Under the pieces are notes generated by a model that worked only from the letters and a program-made list of their open reading frames with translations, had not been told where the DNA came from and did no database searches. A stretch of DNA of 64,000 bases, from positions 124,001 to 188,000 of the forward strand of contig CDROCS010000973.1 of assembly GCA_977020255.1 (NCBI GenBank), given 5' to 3'. The position numbers were made by a program, and so were the translations under genes. This DNA comes from Obrimoposthia wandeli (taxonomy: Eukaryota). This document shows positions 60,919 through 64,000 of this stretch, piece after piece. The stretch's first letter is position 1. Each line of letters starts with the position of its first letter.

Positions 60919-61273
60919 AGCTTATAGTCAAAGCAAACAAGGTGGCGAATTACCATATTTTGTTGGTAAACAATATGGATCTGGCTGGCTTAGAACATTA
61001 GGTAGATTTGCCTTTCCTCTTTTAAAGAGACTCGGGCGATTTATATCAAAATTAGGAAAGGATTACGTTTCATCTAATGACAATAAACTAATACTAACTT
61101 TTAAGAAGCATGCGCTTGATGAACTTGATAATGTTTTACCTGGAGTTGCAAATTTGATTAGGAAAAGTAAATCAAATAAAGGCCAAGCAGGTAATGGATT
61201 TAAACATAAAAAGAAGCAAAAAATTAATATAAACAAACGTAAGAAAGTTGAAGGAACAATATTTGCAAAATGA
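60896..61273 (+). CDS. Small Gly-rich/basic core-like protein, intact 125 aa
   Basis: QGG, QYGSG and QAGNG motifs; Lys-rich C-terminus; stop overlaps the MCP ATG. Confidence 0.75.
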   Translation: MANQAIIEAYSQSKQGGELPYFVGKQYGSGWLRTLGRFAFPLLKRLGRFISKLGKDYVSSNDNKLILTFKKHALDELDNVLPGVANLIRKSKSNKGQAGNGFKHKKKQKININKRKKVEGTIFAK

Positions 61274-62350
61274 GTTGCGCCAAATTCGAATTGTGTATTT
61301 TTGATAAACCACTTCCACAAAATTTTGTAGATAATGCTTCCTTTGAAGAAATATTTCTAGTTAACTCAGTTTCAGGAACCACTTTAACCGATTTAGAATT
61401 TAATATTAATGGTTCCAATAGCGAGTATTTAGATTTGAATGATACTTTGATTTATGTTCAAATAAACGTATTAAATCGGGATGGTACTAATTTAGAGGAA
61501 AAAGCCGATGTAACACATGTTAATCATCTCTTTAATTCTTTATTTAGTGATGCCATTGTTACTCTTAATAATGTCAAAATTGAAGGTGGAAATTCTTCCT
61601 ATGCTCATAAAGCTTTGATTGAAAGTCTATTGAATTATAGTACTGATACTCAAAATAATAATTTGGCAACCATTGGTTATGATAAAACGGTTGCAAATCG
61701 CAAAGAATGGATTGCAGGTTCTAAAGCCTACGAAATGTGTGGGTCTTTGAGATTGAATTTATTTGAACAACTGAAATATTTAAATCCCCGTGTTAATGTA
61801 CATCTTCATTTGAAACGTATTAAATGGAATTTTTCTTTGATAAGCACAGACGTTCTAAAACCTAGACTTGATATTTTGGATGCAAAATTGTATGTCCGAA
61901 GACTTAAAACGGAGCAATCAGTTTTAATGGCACATAATATAAGAATGGAAAAAACAATGCTTGTTATCCTATTAGAGAAACTAAACTTATATCCTATTCT
62001 TTAGGTACGGGTACACAAGCTTTTAATAAGGATCAACGTTTTGGAAATGTAAGATTACCGAAATTCATTTTAATTCCTTTTCAAAAAACTGCAAAGTTTC
62101 TAGGAAATTATACGATAGATGTAACTCAATTTGACAATCTTAATGTAGGTTCATTGACACTTTCAAGAAATACCATTTATCGTGAAACATATAAAATCGA
62201 TTTCGAAGATAACGTTTATGCTTTGGCTTATACGCAATATATTATTCGGAATTTGGGCCAACTAGATAAAAATATAAACAATGGTATTTTTTCACTGAGT
62301 TTAAAAGCAGCTGTCTGTTCTTCACATTTGTTTTGGCACCAGACTTTGAT
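61270..62350 (+). pseudogene. Major capsid protein (right-arm copy), frameshifted and 3'-truncated
   Basis: MSCAKFELCIFDKPLP...; homologous to 48456-49685. Confidence 0.88.
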
Positions 62351-62357
62351 ATAAACC

Positions 62358-62625
62358 ATATGATTCCATTTTATCAATGTGGAGGTTAGATTATCAATAC
62401 TCATACTTCGAATTTATCAGGAGAACATTGGATAGCTATTTATGTTAAAGAATGAACAATAATTGTATTTGAACCACATACAATGTATTATCCACACAAG
62501 CTTGTTTCTACTGTTCAAAAAGGACGAAGAAGAGTTTTTTACAACAAGATACAATACCAGGATCAGCAACGAGAAACTGTGGACATTTATGTATTTTATA
62601 GTTATCGTTGCAAAAGAGCCTAATG
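62358..62625 (+). pseudogene. Cysteine protease fragment
   Basis: INTHTSNLSGEHWIAIYV; fused directly to the truncated MCP. Confidence 0.8.
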
Positions 62626-62879
62626 CGTTATGATGATACATATTTTTTAAAAACATGTTTATTTTGAATTAATTTTAAAAAACCCTACAAGATTAAAATT
62701 TAAGAGCAAAATAATAAAAAAACATAAGACACATTTTTATATACATTTATTCAATAAATATCACAAGGCGATCTGTCAGCAAAGATAAGGCCTAACCTAA
62801 AAAGTATTTAAATAACAAAAGATAGATTCAAAGTGCCATATGGATCTGAAAATTCAAAAAACTAAACAAAAAAATGAAA

Positions 62880-64000
62880 CCCGTTTAAATTCGGAAGTTT
62901 CTATAAGCCATAAGCCAACATGTATTATTAGATGCACGTAAACTGAAGCATTTAGGGCCTAGTAAATACAATCATCATACGAAACCTGACCCTCGCTTCC
63001 ATCCTTAAATTGTCCGATAATATCCTTTCAACTCATCGGGTGTAGAGGGTAATTAACGGGATATTTATGTGTATTAAGTAAGTTATCCCTAAACATTGCC
63101 GGTAATAATTGATTTTGCAAATTAACATTCCTTCATTCTAAAAATAAAGAGTCAGTGTCCCAAGCTATGATTTCGATGTCACAATTGAACTCGTGGCGAT
63201 ATTTCTCTAATTCTATATATTGGAGCTCATACATTCTAAGTTTGGAAATGTCTAAAATCGTTCGACCTATACAACTTGGTTGATCGAGACAAATACTCTG
63301 TTTTCCTAATAACACTGCTACTAAGTCATCTTGAATTGTAAAACAACGATTGGAGTTGTGCTTGTTAGTATATGTCATTAGTTTACGCTCATCATTTCAA
63401 AACCGTAGACAAATACATTTCCACAAGTTCTCTATTGTTTTTCCAAATACACTTTAATTTTTATCTTGTAAAAATCCAGATCGAATTTGCTAGTGGCCAA
63501 ATTACTTTTTCTAGAATTCTTCTCAATATAGTCTTAAAACACAAAGTTTTGACTAATGCTTAAAGCACAATAAATTTGAATGAATTTCGCTCCCAACTTT
63601 AAGTAAAATTTAAGGAACCACTAATGCACCACGTAATTCAACTTGTCTCCATGAGTTGAGAATAATTTCTTAACCTTTGAATTAGGTGGACATTGATGAA
63701 CAGGTGCTACTGGAAGATCATATAATTTATCATGCACATTGGAAGGGATTTTTAAGTTAACCTTAACCAAATAGCCGATGTCTGATGAAACTGTATCAAC
63801 AGTAGCCAAATCTGTCATCAACTTATTCAACTCTTCCTCATCATAAACCCACTTAAAGTTGGCATGAGGTAGAGGTTGAGTAAGCACCCATCCATACAAA
63901 TTATTAATGTCGATGTAGAATCTCCGTGGATTGATTTTTGACAACATGATGTTTGTTGACAAAAGTCATTCCACCGCGTATACCATAATCATAAATTTGA
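62880..64000 (-). pseudogene. pPolB (right-arm copy), motif A to C region, continues beyond the window
   Basis: YIDINNLYG, CIGRTILDISKLRMY, WDTDSLFL, IIGQFKDG; stops and frameshifts. Confidence 0.92.

Larger units (their letters stand above)
42979..64000. mobile_element. Large rearranged Polinton/adintovirus-like complex (element 3), extends past the window end
   Basis: Left terminus AGTAGATGGATATGTG at 42979 with a half palindrome; gene A/B, pPolB, PRO, MCP, core proteins, penton, INT, ATPase; module repeated in inverted orientation from about 57557. Confidence 0.9.

Noticed and set aside
45271-64000. Giant inverted repeat as a pure assembly artefact
   Set aside because: Arms differ by many substitutions, distinct deletions and a divergent penton segment, which a duplicated contig would not show; haplotype mis-joining is still not fully excluded.
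42979-64000. Bacteriophage/prophage or bacterial contamination
   Set aside because: The gene set (pPolB, rve integrase, adenain protease, DJR capsid), 6-bp TSD and spliceosomal introns indicate a eukaryotic Polinton; flanking host genes have introns.

Overview
AT-rich eukaryotic (invertebrate animal, probably arthropod) genomic window; all calls were made by eye plus the ORF track, with no database search. (1) 1-24.3 kb: the 3' half of a host phospholipase C-like gene (PLCL/PRIP type; end of Y domain, C2 domain, C-terminal helical region), + strand, 8 reconstructed exons, introns carrying decayed Tc1/mariner and hAT remnants. (2) 26130-34632: a complete 8.5-kb internally deleted Polinton/Maverick (adintovirus-like) element with AGTAGG...CCTACT termini, a perfect 6-bp TSD (ATTTAA), long TIRs holding a 78-bp palindrome and a 46-bp tandem array, and accessory genes split by 38-47-nt spliceosomal introns. 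(3) 36.2-37.3 kb: a small intact 4-exon host ankyrin-repeat gene on the minus strand. (4) 42-64 kb: nested related Polinton ends followed by the virus module (pPolB, adenain-like protease, major and minor capsid, core proteins, integrase, packaging ATPase), present twice as a head-to-head inverted duplication around a 4-kb unique spacer; the right arm runs off the window. Most core viral genes are pseudogenised, and several lesions are shared between copies.
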